From positions 32,001-96,000 of IMG/VR virus record IMGVR_UViG_3300046318_000188: a stretch of 64,000 nt of DNA; one strand, given 5' to 3'. The position numbers and the translations under genes are program-made. Under the pieces are notes generated by a model, which did no database searches, had not been told where the DNA came from, and was given only the letters and a program-made list of their open reading frames with translations. This document shows, piece by piece, positions 25,101-35,110 of this stretch; positions within the stretch are counted from its first letter, which is position 1; every line of letters starts with the position of its first letter. Origin of the DNA: a virus.

Positions 25101-25175
25101 AGCGGTGTAGCTCAGTAGTAGAGCGCCGGACTCATAATCCGGATGTCGGTAGTGCGAATCTACCCACCGCAACCA
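25101..25175 (+). tRNA. tRNA-fMet-like (CAT)
   Basis: Unpaired 1:72 (A/A), CCGGA-CTCATAA-TCCGG. Confidence 0.8.
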
Positions 25176-25188
25176 ACAAGGAGATATT

Positions 25189-25344
25189 ATGTCAGAAGAT
25201 GATAAAAAATTTCATGAAGAACAATTAAAAAAGGTTCGAGATTTAAAACCTGTTGGCAAACCACAACAGAGGCCAGCATTAAAACCCAAACCAAATTTCG
25301 TACCTAAAAATACTGTAATGCGTAAAGCTGGCCGAGGTAGGTGA
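25189..25344 (+). CDS. Small basic hypothetical protein (51 aa)
   Basis: Read manually; AAGGAG RBS; MSEDDKKF...MRKAGRGR. Confidence 0.6.
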   Translation: MSEDDKKFHEEQLKKVRDLKPVGKPQQRPALKPKPNFVPKNTVMRKAGRGR

Positions 25345-25350
25345 TACAAC

Positions 25351-25644
25351 CTAACTTAAAGTATTTTGTCCCACAGCTAAAACACAACCCAATGATTTAT
25401 CCATTTCAATCAATGTCCATGATCCCGTTTCTTTATTGGAAAACATAACAATTTGAGTTTTTCTTTTGGTTATTTCATTTGAATAAAAGAAAACAGCGGA
25501 CTCTTTGAATTGAGTGTCAATCGTATAGAGAAGTATTTTGGTTGGAAAACATTGTACAGATTTGCTATAGAAATCGCCATCATTTTCTTTAGCAATTGTC
25601 ATTGAGGGTATCACAACAAGAAGCGCCAAAAGCAATTTTTTCAT
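25351..25644 (-). CDS. Secreted hypothetical protein
   Basis: AAGGA RBS on minus strand, signal peptide, 'N.ETGSWTLIE....GC'. Confidence 0.7.
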   Translation of the reverse strand: MKKLLLALLVVIPSMTIAKENDGDFYSKSVQCFPTKILLYTIDTQFKESAVFFYSNEITKRKTQIVMFSNKETGSWTLIEMDKSLGCVLAVGQNTLS

Positions 25645-25717
25645 CGGAATCCTTTTTTGGTATATAATTATATATGTCTTTACATTTGTATATTTTAGTA
25701 GTATAATGATTCATTAT

Positions 25718-25791
25718 GCGGGATTAGTTTAATGGTAAAACTAGAGATTTCCAATCTTTCGTCATCAGTTCGATTCTGATATCCCGCTCCA
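25718..25791 (+). tRNA. tRNA-Gly(TCC), second copy
   Basis: Near-duplicate of 21295-21368; promoter TTTACA-N17-TATAAT at 25679-25707. Confidence 0.9.
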
Positions 25792-25808
25792 CTTTATCAG
25801 GAGAAAAC

Positions 25809-26120
25809 ATGGAAGTATTAGCCCTTAAATTAATTACCGGTGAAGATTTACTTGGTGAACTAGAATCACAATCAGAAACCGAATTCGTTATTGTAAATCC
25901 TGTGGGTATTGCAGTAGTTCGTGGTAAAGATGGCACACCACAAGTTGGATTCTCACCATTCCCTATTCATGCGGAACAAAAATCAGGTGCAACTATTGCC
26001 TTGGCCAAGAAGAATGTAGTATACTCTTATACACCAGCAGAAGATTTTATTACAAACTATAGTTCAATCTTTGGTTCTGGTATTGTAGTTCCTCCACAAA
26101 AACAAATTATTACAGGTTAA
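25809..26120 (+). CDS. Conserved Sm-like fold protein upstream of gp43
   Basis: 'LKLITGEDLLGE', 'FGSGIVVP'. Confidence 0.7.
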   Translation: MEVLALKLITGEDLLGELESQSETEFVIVNPVGIAVVRGKDGTPQVGFSPFPIHAEQKSGATIALAKKNVVYSYTPAEDFITNYSSIFGSGIVVPPQKQIITG

Positions 26121-26121
26121 A

Positions 26122-28665
26122 TTGAGTAAATTCTATACTAATGTTCAATGTTTTGGTAACAACATTTTCTACCGTGGAGTTATAGACGGACAGAAAGTTA
26201 AACAAAAGATTGAATACTCACCATCTCTTTTTCTTCCATCACGGAAGAACCCACAAGGAATTTACAAATCTCTGACTGGTCTTCCATTAGACCAGAAAAT
26301 CTTTGGTACAATGCGTGAAGCAAGAGATTATGTAAAACAATTTGATGGTGTTCATGGTACTCCAATCATTTATGGTCAAACTCGTTTTGAATATGCCTTT
26401 ATTGCAGAACAACACAAAGGTATGGTCGATTATGATTATGACCATGTTTCTGTTGCCGTAATCGATATTGAGGTAGGTTCAGAGAATGGATTTCCTGACC
26501 CATATAAAGCAGAAGAACCCATTACAGCCATTTGTGTTAAGTTTCTAAATCAATCACCATTTGTATTTGCTTGTGGTGAATATGAAACACAAGGTAATGA
26601 AGTGTATATTCGTTGTAAAGATGAATATTCACTCTGTAAACAATTCATGCATTTCTGGAAAGACAAATATCCGGATGTCGTTACTGGTTGGAATACTAAG
26701 TTCTTTGATATACCATATCTTGTCAATCGTTTCAGAAAAATTCTTGGTGAAGATGAAGCTAAGAAATTATCTCCTTGGAATTATATTACAGAACGCAAAG
26801 CAAGAGTAAATAACCGTGAACTAATTGAATACAGTTTAGTTGGTATCTCATCACTTGATTATATTGAACTTTACAGATGGTATGCTCCTGGCGGTAAGTC
26901 ACAAGAATCATATCGTTTAGATGCCATTGCTCAAGTTGAATTGGGTGAAGGTAAAATCTCCTATGATGAGTATGATAATTTACATTCATTATATCGTTTG
27001 AACTTCCAAAAGTTTATTGAGTATAACATTAAAGACGTTGAGTTGATTGTTAAATTGGAAGATAAGTTGAAGTTGCTTGAATTGGCAGTAACTTTGGCAT
27101 ATGATACCAAATCAAACTTTGATGATGTATTTGCTCAAACCCGTATGTGGGATGCTCTGACTAATGCTTATTTGTTGGAGAAGAATATCATTGTACCACC
27201 TCGTATCGTTAAAGAAAAAGATGGTATGTTTGAAGGTGCATATGTTAAAGAAGTTCAGGTTGGTGCTCATGCTTGGGTTGCCTCATTTGACTTGAACTCT
27301 TTGTATCCACATTTGATGATGCAATATAATATCAGTCCAGAAACTCTCATTGAGCCGGCAGACTATACAGATGAAATGCGTGAGGTGCTTTCACAGGGTG
27401 TTTCTGTTGAGAAGATGTTAAACAAACAAATTGATACTTCAAATCTCAAAGATGTAACTATCACTCCTAATGGCCAATTCTTCCGTACGGACATCCAAGG
27501 TTTCTTACCTGGAATGATGGAAGAAATGTATAATGATAGAAGTAAGTTTAAAAAATTAATGCTTAAAGCAAAACAGGAATATGAAAATGAAAAAGACCCA
27601 AGTAAACTCTATGAAATCGAAAAACGAATTGCCAAATACAACAACATCCAGTTGGCGAAAAAAGTTTCTCTCAATTCTGCATACGGCGCTCTTGGTTCTC
27701 AGTATTTTCGTTTCTATGATTTGCGTATGGCTCTTGGCGTTACCACTGCGGGACAATTAAGCATTCGTTGGATTGAAGCCAAGATTAATGCTTGGATGAA
27801 TAAAATTTTGGAGACCAAAGATGTTGACTATGTTATTGCTTCTGATACTGATTCAATTTACCTACGAATGAGAGAATTGGTTGATAAATTTATTAAGGAT
27901 AAGTCCGATAAACAAAAAGTAATCTCTCTCATGGATAAAGTTTGTGAAGATAAGATACAACCTTATATCGATAAGTCTTATGATGAGTTGGCTGAATATG
28001 TTCACGCATATGGCCAGAAAATGCAGATGAAACGAGAAGGTCTATCTGATAAAGGTATTTGGACTGCCAAGAAGCGTTATATTCTGAATGTGTATAACAA
28101 TGAAGGTGTTCAATATAATGAACCACAGATGAAGGTGATGGGTTTGGAGATGATTAAGTCATCAACACCTGCCGTTATCCGTGAGAAGATGAAACAAGCA
28201 ATCACTATCATCATGAATGGTACTGAAGAAGATATTCATGAATTCATTAAAGAAGCCAAAAAAGATTTCATGGGATTACCACCGGAAGAAATCTCCTCAC
28301 CCCGTGGTTGTAACGGCTTGTCTAAATATTCGGACGCTTTATCAATGTATAAGTCTGGTACACCAATGCATGTCAAAGGTGCCATCTTATATAATCACTA
28401 TCTTAAAGAGAAAAAACTTACTAAAAAGTATCCACTCATACAAGAAGGCGAGAAACTAAAATATAGTTATCTCAAGATGCCTAATCCATTCAAAGATACC
28501 GTCATTTCATTCCCTGGTCGTTTACCTGTAGAATTTGGACTCAATGAATATATTGATTATGATGTTCAATTTGAAAAGGCCTTTGTTGAACCAATCAAAG
28601 TTATTCTAGATTGTATGAAGTGGTCAACTGAAAAAGTAAGTAGTTTGGAGGATTTCTTCTCATGA
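26122..28665 (+). CDS. gp43: Family B DNA polymerase gp43
   Basis: DIE exonuclease motif, SFDLNSLYP, K..LNSAYG, DTDS. Confidence 0.97.
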   Translation: MSKFYTNVQCFGNNIFYRGVIDGQKVKQKIEYSPSLFLPSRKNPQGIYKSLTGLPLDQKIFGTMREARDYVKQFDGVHGTPIIYGQTRFEYAFIAEQHKGMVDYDYDHVSVAVIDIEVGSENGFPDPYKAEEPITAICVKFLNQSPFVFACGEYETQGNEVYIRCKDEYSLCKQFMHFWKDKYPDVVTGWNTKFFDIPYLVNRFRKILGEDEAKKLSPWNYITERKARVNNRELIEYSLVGISSLDYIELYRWYAPGGKSQESYRLDAIAQVELGEGKISYDEYDNLHSLYRLNFQKFIEYNIKDVELIVKLEDKLKLLELAVTLAYDTKSNFDDVFAQTRMWDALTNAYLLEKNIIVPPRIVKEKDGMFEGAYVKEVQVGAHAWVASFDLNSLYPHLMMQYNISPETLIEPADYTDEMREVLSQGVSVEKMLNKQIDTSNLKDVTITPNGQFFRTDIQGFLPGMMEEMYNDRSKFKKLMLKAKQEYENEKDPSKLYEIEKRIAKYNNIQLAKKVSLNSAYGALGSQYFRFYDLRMALGVTTAGQLSIRWIEAKINAWMNKILETKDVDYVIASDTDSIYLRMRELVDKFIKDKSDKQKVISLMDKVCEDKIQPYIDKSYDELAEYVHAYGQKMQMKREGLSDKGIWTAKKRYILNVYNNEGVQYNEPQMKVMGLEMIKSSTPAVIREKMKQAITIIMNGTEEDIHEFIKEAKKDFMGLPPEEISSPRGCNGLSKYSDALSMYKSGTPMHVKGAILYNHYLKEKKLTKKYPLIQEGEKLKYSYLKMPNPFKDTVISFPGRLPVEFGLNEYIDYDVQFEKAFVEPIKVILDCMKWSTEKVSSLEDFFS

Positions 28666-29525
28666 TTTACTTTACATTCGCAGCAGCATTTCTATTATCT
28701 GTTATTGCTGGTTATTATTCAGTAATAGGTCTTGCTGCTATTTTTATGGGTGCATTTTGGCCAGTTATTATTATGGGTGGTTCCCTTGAATTTGCTAAGT
28801 TGGTTACCGCATCTTGGTTATATCGAAACTGGAAAAATGCACCTTTTTTATTACGGACATATTTGGTTATTGCCGTAATGTTGCTCATGCTCATTACTTC
28901 AATGGGTATTTTTGGTTTCTTGGCCAAAGCACATATAGATTCTACATTAGATGCTGGTGCAAATTCGGTAGAACTTAAAACTTTGAATCAGCAACAAAAA
29001 ATTGCTGATGAAAGATTGAACTACTTATTAGCAAGAGCCAAAGACCCATCAACGGCAAGTAATCAATTGGATAGACAGATTCAGAATACTCAAAAAGAAC
29101 TTACCGAAATTAATAAGAAACGATTGCCACTTCTCCGTGAAGAAAACAAACTTGTGGCAGATATTGGACCAATCAAGTATGTGGCAGATATGTTCTTTAA
29201 TGGTGATGGTGCCGTAGATAAGGCAGTCAGACTGGTAATCTTTATCATTATGCTTGTGTTTGACCCATTAGCTGTGTTATTATTAATAGCAGCGAATATC
29301 TCAATGAAGAAACCTGAAAGAGTGGAAAAGACTTGGGATGATTTCTTTAATAATGCACCAATACCAGAAGATTCTATTGAGATTGAAAAAGAGAATATTG
29401 CTGAGATTGAACCTGTTGCAGAAGAACTAAAAAAGAAACGTGGATTTCCCAATCGGAAATCTAAGATAGATAGTATGTATGTAGATGATGCTGAGTTGGC
29501 ATTTCGTAAAAAGGAAAATGAATGA
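28662..29525 (+). CDS. Membrane protein with coiled coil
   Basis: Several TM segments; 'VFDPLAVLLLIA'. Confidence 0.7.
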   Translation: MIYFTFAAAFLLSVIAGYYSVIGLAAIFMGAFWPVIIMGGSLEFAKLVTASWLYRNWKNAPFLLRTYLVIAVMLLMLITSMGIFGFLAKAHIDSTLDAGANSVELKTLNQQQKIADERLNYLLARAKDPSTASNQLDRQIQNTQKELTEINKKRLPLLREENKLVADIGPIKYVADMFFNGDGAVDKAVRLVIFIIMLVFDPLAVLLLIAANISMKKPERVEKTWDDFFNNAPIPEDSIEIEKENIAEIEPVAEELKKKRGFPNRKSKIDSMYVDDAELAFRKKENE

Positions 29526-30601
29526 GTATACTTGACAAAATTAAAAAGAATAGTAGCATTAAAGAGTCTGCTATTCTAGCAAAATCTAAATTCTTCACAC
29601 AGAAGGATATGATTCCTACTTCCGTGCCTATTATTAATGTGGCATTATCAGGTCGCCTTGATGGTGGTTTAACACCAGGTCTTACAATGTGGGCAGGTCC
29701 ATCCAAACATTTTAAGACAGCATTTTCATTATTGATGGCCAAATCTTACTTGGACAAATATCCTGATGCTGCGCTTCTTTTTTATGATTCTGAATTCGGT
29801 ACGCCACAATCTTATTTTGATTCTTTTGGTATTGATACTAATAGAGTATTACATACGCCACTCACCGACATAGAACAATTAAAAATTGACTTGATGCAAC
29901 AGTTAAATCAAGTTGAACGAGGTGAACATTTGATTGTTGTTGTTGATTCAATTGGTAACTTGGCATCCATTAAAGAAGTTAATGATGCACTTGATGGTAA
30001 AACTGTCGGTGATATGTCAAGAGCAAAAGCCGTTAAGTCTTTGTTTAGAATGGTTACACCACACTTATCACTTAAAGATATTCCGATGGTTGTTGTTAAT
30101 CATACTTACATGGAAATTGGAATGTTCCCTAAAGCAATTGTTGGTGGTGGTACAGGTTCTTACTATTCTGCTGATAACATTTTTGTGTTGGGTCGCCAAC
30201 AAGAAAAAGAAGGTACTGAAGTTGTGGGTTATAATTTTATTATTAATGTGGAGAAATCACGATATGTTAAAGAAAAATCTAAGATTCCTGTTTCCGTTTC
30301 TTTTGATGGAGGCATTTCTCGTTGGTCTGGTTTACTTGACATTGCACTCGATTCAGGATTGGTTATTAAACCATCTAACGGTTGGTATTCACGGGTTGAT
30401 GTAACAACTGGTGAAGTAGAAGATAAGAAATACCGTTTGAAAGAAACCGACACAAAAGATTTTTGGATGCCACTTATTACTAGTGAGAAGTTCCAAAGTT
30501 ATGTTAAAGACAAATATCAAATTGCTTCGGGTGCCATCATGCAAGGTGGTGAAGAAGAATTGTTTGATGAAGTTATTACTATGAATGGAACAGAAGAATG
30601 A
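29522..30601 (+). CDS. uvsX: RecA-like recombinase UvsX
   Basis: GPSKHFKT, YDSEFG, DSIGNLAS. Confidence 0.95.
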   Translation: MSILDKIKKNSSIKESAILAKSKFFTQKDMIPTSVPIINVALSGRLDGGLTPGLTMWAGPSKHFKTAFSLLMAKSYLDKYPDAALLFYDSEFGTPQSYFDSFGIDTNRVLHTPLTDIEQLKIDLMQQLNQVERGEHLIVVVDSIGNLASIKEVNDALDGKTVGDMSRAKAVKSLFRMVTPHLSLKDIPMVVVNHTYMEIGMFPKAIVGGGTGSYYSADNIFVLGRQQEKEGTEVVGYNFIINVEKSRYVKEKSKIPVSVSFDGGISRWSGLLDIALDSGLVIKPSNGWYSRVDVTTGEVEDKKYRLKETDTKDFWMPLITSEKFQSYVKDKYQIASGAIMQGGEEELFDEVITMNGTEE

Positions 30602-30915
30602 TAGAAGGTATTGACTATTGCTTCATCTATCCAAAAGAAGATGAAGCTGCGGTTCATATAAAATTACTTGATGGTCCTTACAAAGATACCACATACAAAT
30701 ATGGTAGAGTTAGTTTTGAGGAAAAAGATGAGCAGGTCTATTTACAATTCAAGTTTGATGTGATAGAATCCACCATCAAGACAAAAACATTGGAGAAAGA
30801 CCTTGATTTTAAAAATTACATTGGTGACTTGCTTGTTGAAATCATGTCATCTAACATTGAGCAGGAAATAATTGATGAAACTGGAACAATCGATTCTGAA
30901 GAATCTGGTCTATAA
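30598..30915 (+). CDS. gp40: gp40-like head assembly chaperone
   Basis: Position between uvsX and gp41; family assignment mostly by synteny. Confidence 0.5.
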   Translation: MIEGIDYCFIYPKEDEAAVHIKLLDGPYKDTTYKYGRVSFEEKDEQVYLQFKFDVIESTIKTKTLEKDLDFKNYIGDLLVEIMSSNIEQEIIDETGTIDSEESGL

Positions 30916-32257
30916 TGAGGACTACCTAAGAAAAGTTTTACCATTCTTAAAATCTGATTATTTCTCCGACAGAACGGAGAGAACACTCTACAATGAAATC
31001 ACCTCGTTTACTGAAACTTACAATACTCCGCCTACGATTGAAGCACTCTCAATTGCCGTCAAAGAGAGGAACAATCTTTCGGATGATGAAGTTAAGAACT
31101 GCGAAACTTATCTCGAAGAAATTGAGGCTCATAGCAAAGAGCAAACCGAGATACAATGGCTTGTTGACAAGACAGAAAAGTTTTGCCAAGAGAAGGCGAT
31201 ATACAATGCCGTATTGGGGGCAATTTCAATTCTCGATGGTAAGGACAAAGATAAAGACAAAGGTGCAATTCCCTCTATATTATCGGACGCCTTGGCCGTT
31301 TCATTTGATACAACAGTAGGACACGATTACTTACAGGACTCTGATGCTCGATTTGATTTCTATCATAGAAAAGAGGAACGAATTCCTTTCGACTTGGAAT
31401 TCTTCAACAAGATTACAAAGGGTGGTTTGCCAAGTAAAACTCTCAATATTGCTCTTGCGGGGACTGGTGTTGGTAAATCTCTTTTTATGTGTCATGTGGC
31501 AGCAGGCGCAATGGTCCAAGGCAAAAATGCTTTGTACATCACGATGGAAATGGCTGAAGAAAAGATTGCAGAACGTATTGATGCGAATCTTTTGAATGTT
31601 ACTTTAGATGACCTTATTGATTTACCAAAAGAAATGTATGACAAAAAGGTTGCTAGGGTTCGTGAGAAGTGTACCGGTAAACTTATTATTAAAGAATACC
31701 CAACCGCTTCGGCATCCGCAACTCATTTTAGGACTCTATTAAATGAACTTAATCTCAAGAAGTCTTTTATACCTGACATTATCTTTATTGATTACCTTAA
31801 TATCTGTTGTTCTTCTCGTATCAAGGCTGGTGCGAATATCAACTCTTACACTTACGTTAAGTCAATCGCAGAAGAACTTAGGGGTCTTGCGGTTGAATAT
31901 AATGTTCCTATTGTATCTGCTACTCAAACTACCAGAAGCGGATTCACATCGTCTGATCCAGGACTGGAGGATACGAGTGAGTCATTCGGGTTGCCTGCAA
32001 CCGCCGATTTAATGTTTGCTTTGATTACTTCTGATGAATTAGAAGAACTTGGCCAGATTATGGTTAAACAATTAAAGAATCGTTATAATGATCCCGGTTA
32101 TTATAAACGATTTACTATTGGTGTTGACCGTGCAAAGATGAAATTATTTGATATCGAACAATCAGCACAACAAGGTATTGCTGATGCTGGTAATCAAGTT
32201 GGTGCTCATAACAAAATTAAACATGATAAGAAATCGTTCGAAGGTTTTAAGGTATAA
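30875..32257 (+). CDS. gp41: Replicative helicase gp41
   Basis: AGTGVGKS, IKEYPT, IDYLNI, SATQTTRSG, ESFGLPATAD. Confidence 0.95.
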   Translation: MKLEQSILKNLVYNEDYLRKVLPFLKSDYFSDRTERTLYNEITSFTETYNTPPTIEALSIAVKERNNLSDDEVKNCETYLEEIEAHSKEQTEIQWLVDKTEKFCQEKAIYNAVLGAISILDGKDKDKDKGAIPSILSDALAVSFDTTVGHDYLQDSDARFDFYHRKEERIPFDLEFFNKITKGGLPSKTLNIALAGTGVGKSLFMCHVAAGAMVQGKNALYITMEMAEEKIAERIDANLLNVTLDDLIDLPKEMYDKKVARVREKCTGKLIIKEYPTASASATHFRTLLNELNLKKSFIPDIIFIDYLNICCSSRIKAGANINSYTYVKSIAEELRGLAVEYNVPIVSATQTTRSGFTSSDPGLEDTSESFGLPATADLMFALITSDELEELGQIMVKQLKNRYNDPGYYKRFTIGVDRAKMKLFDIEQSAQQGIADAGNQVGAHNKIKHDKKSFEGFKV

Positions 32258-32457
32258 TGGAAACTCAAAGTAGAACTTTGGTTAAAACTATAATATTTCG
32301 ATTGTGGGAATTAATATCAACTTATGTACTACTAAAATTTTTAGGTATAGAAACATCTGAAGCTATTAGTTCTGCTATTATTATGAATGTTGTGTGGACA
32401 GTAGGATATTATTTTTATGAAAGAATTTGGAACGTGATTAAATGGGGTAAAGTATGA
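32257..32457 (+). CDS. DUF2061-like small membrane protein
   Basis: 'RTLVKTIIFR...YYFYERIWN.IKWG'. Confidence 0.7.
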   Translation: METQSRTLVKTIIFRLWELISTYVLLKFLGIETSEAISSAIIMNVVWTVGYYFYERIWNVIKWGKV

Positions 32458-33563
32458 TGTTGGCTAGGGACCAAGCACTACATTGTGCTAAAGTATTTAA
32501 TGATTACTTCAGTAATATTGGAAGTACCGAAGAATACATGCGTGATGAGAAGTTAAAGAATCTCAGCAATATGCCTTCTTCTTTATTTCCAATTGAAGAT
32601 GATTTGTTTTCAGATTTCTCTATGCATCCCAATGATATGGATATTGAAGTCTGTGAAATTGATAGTACAACTTGGGAATCATTACTTTCGATTACCAGTT
32701 CACACATCAACAAAGCACCAGTTGGTAAGAATATACAATTGGCAGTTAAAGAGAGGAACTCAGGAAAGATTGTAGGATTCATTCGGTTGGGTTCACCAGT
32801 AATCTATATGAAACCTAGAAATGAACTCTTAGGACAGGTCTGGATCCAACAGGAAGATACTGCCAAACGATTCAATACAGCCTGTGTTATGGGGTTTGTA
32901 ATTGTACCAGCACAACCTTTTGGATATAATTACTTGGGTGGCAAACTTCTATCTGCAATTTGTACCAGTCATACCGTTAGGGAAATTTGTAATAAAAAGT
33001 ATGGTATGAATATATGTCTATTTGAAACTACCAGTTTATATGGTTCCACAAAATCAGTATCTCAATATGATGGCATGAAACCTTACATTCGATTTAGGGG
33101 TTTAACTGAATCCGACATTGTACCAATGATGCACGGAGATAGATATCATAACTTGAAAAACTATGTTGAGAATATTACTGGAGATTTGTTGGCGGGTGAT
33201 ACATCAACCACCAGTAGAAAATTAAGAACCTTCACCAAGATTATTGCCTTGACTAAGGCAGCACTCAAAGGAACACCAGAAGGTGATGCTTTCAATATAA
33301 CGATTGAGAACGCCAAAAAGTTGACAGAAAAGAAAAGATATTATACATCCGATTTTGGGTATAATAACTCGGTTGATTATATGAACTGTAAAACCGATGT
33401 GTTGGTTCCTGGTGAGAATTATGAGAAACATGAATTGAAGAACATTATTTCTTGGTGGAAACAAAAAGCATCGAATCGTTATGATACATTAAAATCTGAA
33501 GGTCGATTGAGAACAGAACTCGAAATCTGGACTTCAGGTAAAGACATTCAAATCATTAGATAA
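32454..33563 (+). CDS. DUF4338 / DruA-like protein, second paralog
   Basis: 'IVPAQPFGYNYLGGKLL', 'ETTSLYG...SQYDG'. Confidence 0.6.
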   Translation: MMLARDQALHCAKVFNDYFSNIGSTEEYMRDEKLKNLSNMPSSLFPIEDDLFSDFSMHPNDMDIEVCEIDSTTWESLLSITSSHINKAPVGKNIQLAVKERNSGKIVGFIRLGSPVIYMKPRNELLGQVWIQQEDTAKRFNTACVMGFVIVPAQPFGYNYLGGKLLSAICTSHTVREICNKKYGMNICLFETTSLYGSTKSVSQYDGMKPYIRFRGLTESDIVPMMHGDRYHNLKNYVENITGDLLAGDTSTTSRKLRTFTKIIALTKAALKGTPEGDAFNITIENAKKLTEKKRYYTSDFGYNNSVDYMNCKTDVLVPGENYEKHELKNIISWWKQKASNRYDTLKSEGRLRTELEIWTSGKDIQIIR

Positions 33564-33584
33564 ATATTTTCTTTTTAGGTAAAA

Positions 33585-34817
33585 ATGGCAGACCAAACAT
33601 CAAAACAAGAATCGGCTCAAGCATTATTTTGTGCTATGGCTGATTATCTTGGTGCCACTAAAGTATCTGAGATATTTGATTTAAAGAAATATCCAGATTA
33701 TAAATCTTTTAAAGATTATTGGAACAAAACTTATCCGACAACAAAAATAGAAACCTCCTTTAAATCTCATGTTAATGCTGATACAGACTTAAAAACTATT
33801 GAGGACTTTTTAATTAAAGATGTTTCGTGGTATCAATCTTCCTTATTAATTGCAAAGAAACTAATAATAGACATTGACGACATTTCTCAGAAATTCTCTT
33901 CCATCAAAAGACCTTCTTGGTCATCCATTTTTTATGTTCGTGGTGATAAAGAAATTATGAAAAATATAGAGATACTATTTGATGAAGCTAATAATATACA
34001 AAAAAACATCCAAAGTAAAGGCGCCAAAACTAAAGTAAATTTTGGAGATATTAACAAATGGTCTCCGGCTGATATATATTTGGCTTCACCCAAAGCAAAA
34101 AAACAGATTTCCGATATGGTAAAAAATAAAACAGGATTGACTTTCTCAAAATTAAATCTTTTTATTTTTGAAATGATAAAATCAGGAGAATTACTTCCAC
34201 TATCCCTAAAAAAACAAACAAAAGAAGTTAAAATACAAAAAGTAAATTTTAGTAGACCTGAAGAATTGAAAAAAATTAAAGCTTTAAAATTTTATGGATT
34301 GAGTGATTGGAAACCCAGGTCGAAACAATTAAATTCACCAAAACCTTCAGCTAGAGATTTAAAAGTTTATATATCACAAGATAAAAAAGATTATATTCAA
34401 TTTGAACATGGAGCTACTGCTGGTGCATTTAAAATTATTTATTTTTCTGATGAGATGGATGCTCGAGGTGGAGCCCTTTCTTCTCCCAAAACTTTTATCG
34501 ATTTAACTTTTTTGGTTGATAAAAGAAAAACTCTTAGTAGTTGGTTACAAAAATATAATACAGCAAATAAAAAATTTAAAGAAGAAGATAAAAAGTTACT
34601 TAATGGTAAACCAAAACCATCTAAAGATACTCCTGCAGGAAAAGAATATAGAAAAAAACGTGGAGACCTTAGTGGTACAGCGGTAACTGATGTCGTTATT
34701 CCCGATATCATGAAATATTTTAGTAATGAAGAATTGGCCACTAAAACTATACAATTATTGTATCAATATATAACATCAAGACTTGACAATTCAGCTGCAT
34801 TTGTTATAGCAAAATAA
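33585..34817 (+). CDS. Putative PD-(D/E)XK endonuclease-like protein
   Basis: 'NKWSPADIY...LLPLSLKK'; Lys-rich, AT-rich. Confidence 0.5.
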   Translation: MADQTSKQESAQALFCAMADYLGATKVSEIFDLKKYPDYKSFKDYWNKTYPTTKIETSFKSHVNADTDLKTIEDFLIKDVSWYQSSLLIAKKLIIDIDDISQKFSSIKRPSWSSIFYVRGDKEIMKNIEILFDEANNIQKNIQSKGAKTKVNFGDINKWSPADIYLASPKAKKQISDMVKNKTGLTFSKLNLFIFEMIKSGELLPLSLKKQTKEVKIQKVNFSRPEELKKIKALKFYGLSDWKPRSKQLNSPKPSARDLKVYISQDKKDYIQFEHGATAGAFKIIYFSDEMDARGGALSSPKTFIDLTFLVDKRKTLSSWLQKYNTANKKFKEEDKKLLNGKPKPSKDTPAGKEYRKKRGDLSGTAVTDVVIPDIMKYFSNEELATKTIQLLYQYITSRLDNSAAFVIAK

Positions 34818-34826
34818 GGATATATT

Positions 34827-35108
34827 ATGTCACTAATAGACTTTGATAAACTATCACAAGAATTTAATATTGATGATAATGACTTTGGGTTTTCTGCCGT
34901 TTCAGAAGAAGAATATAATTCAGTAATTAATAAAACAGCAGAAACGGCTGATGATTATAAAACTAGATTGAATGAATTGGAGAAGATGATTATTCCTTTC
35001 CTCACCAAATTACATTCGACTGGAGATAAAGAATATATATATTGGCCAAATCGTAAACCATCAATCGAAAAGCAAATAGAGAAAATATTGAAACTAACAA
35101 GAGGTTAA
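34827..35108 (+). CDS. Conserved phage protein
   Basis: 'DFGFSAV', 'KEYIYWPNR'. Confidence 0.7.
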   Translation: MSLIDFDKLSQEFNIDDNDFGFSAVSEEEYNSVINKTAETADDYKTRLNELEKMIIPFLTKLHSTGDKEYIYWPNRKPSIEKQIEKILKLTRG

Positions 35109-35110
35109 TT

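Noticed and set aside
29934-30404. 156-aa alternative-frame ORF inside uvsX
   Set aside because: Leu-rich off-frame shadow typical of AT-rich codon bias; no RBS.
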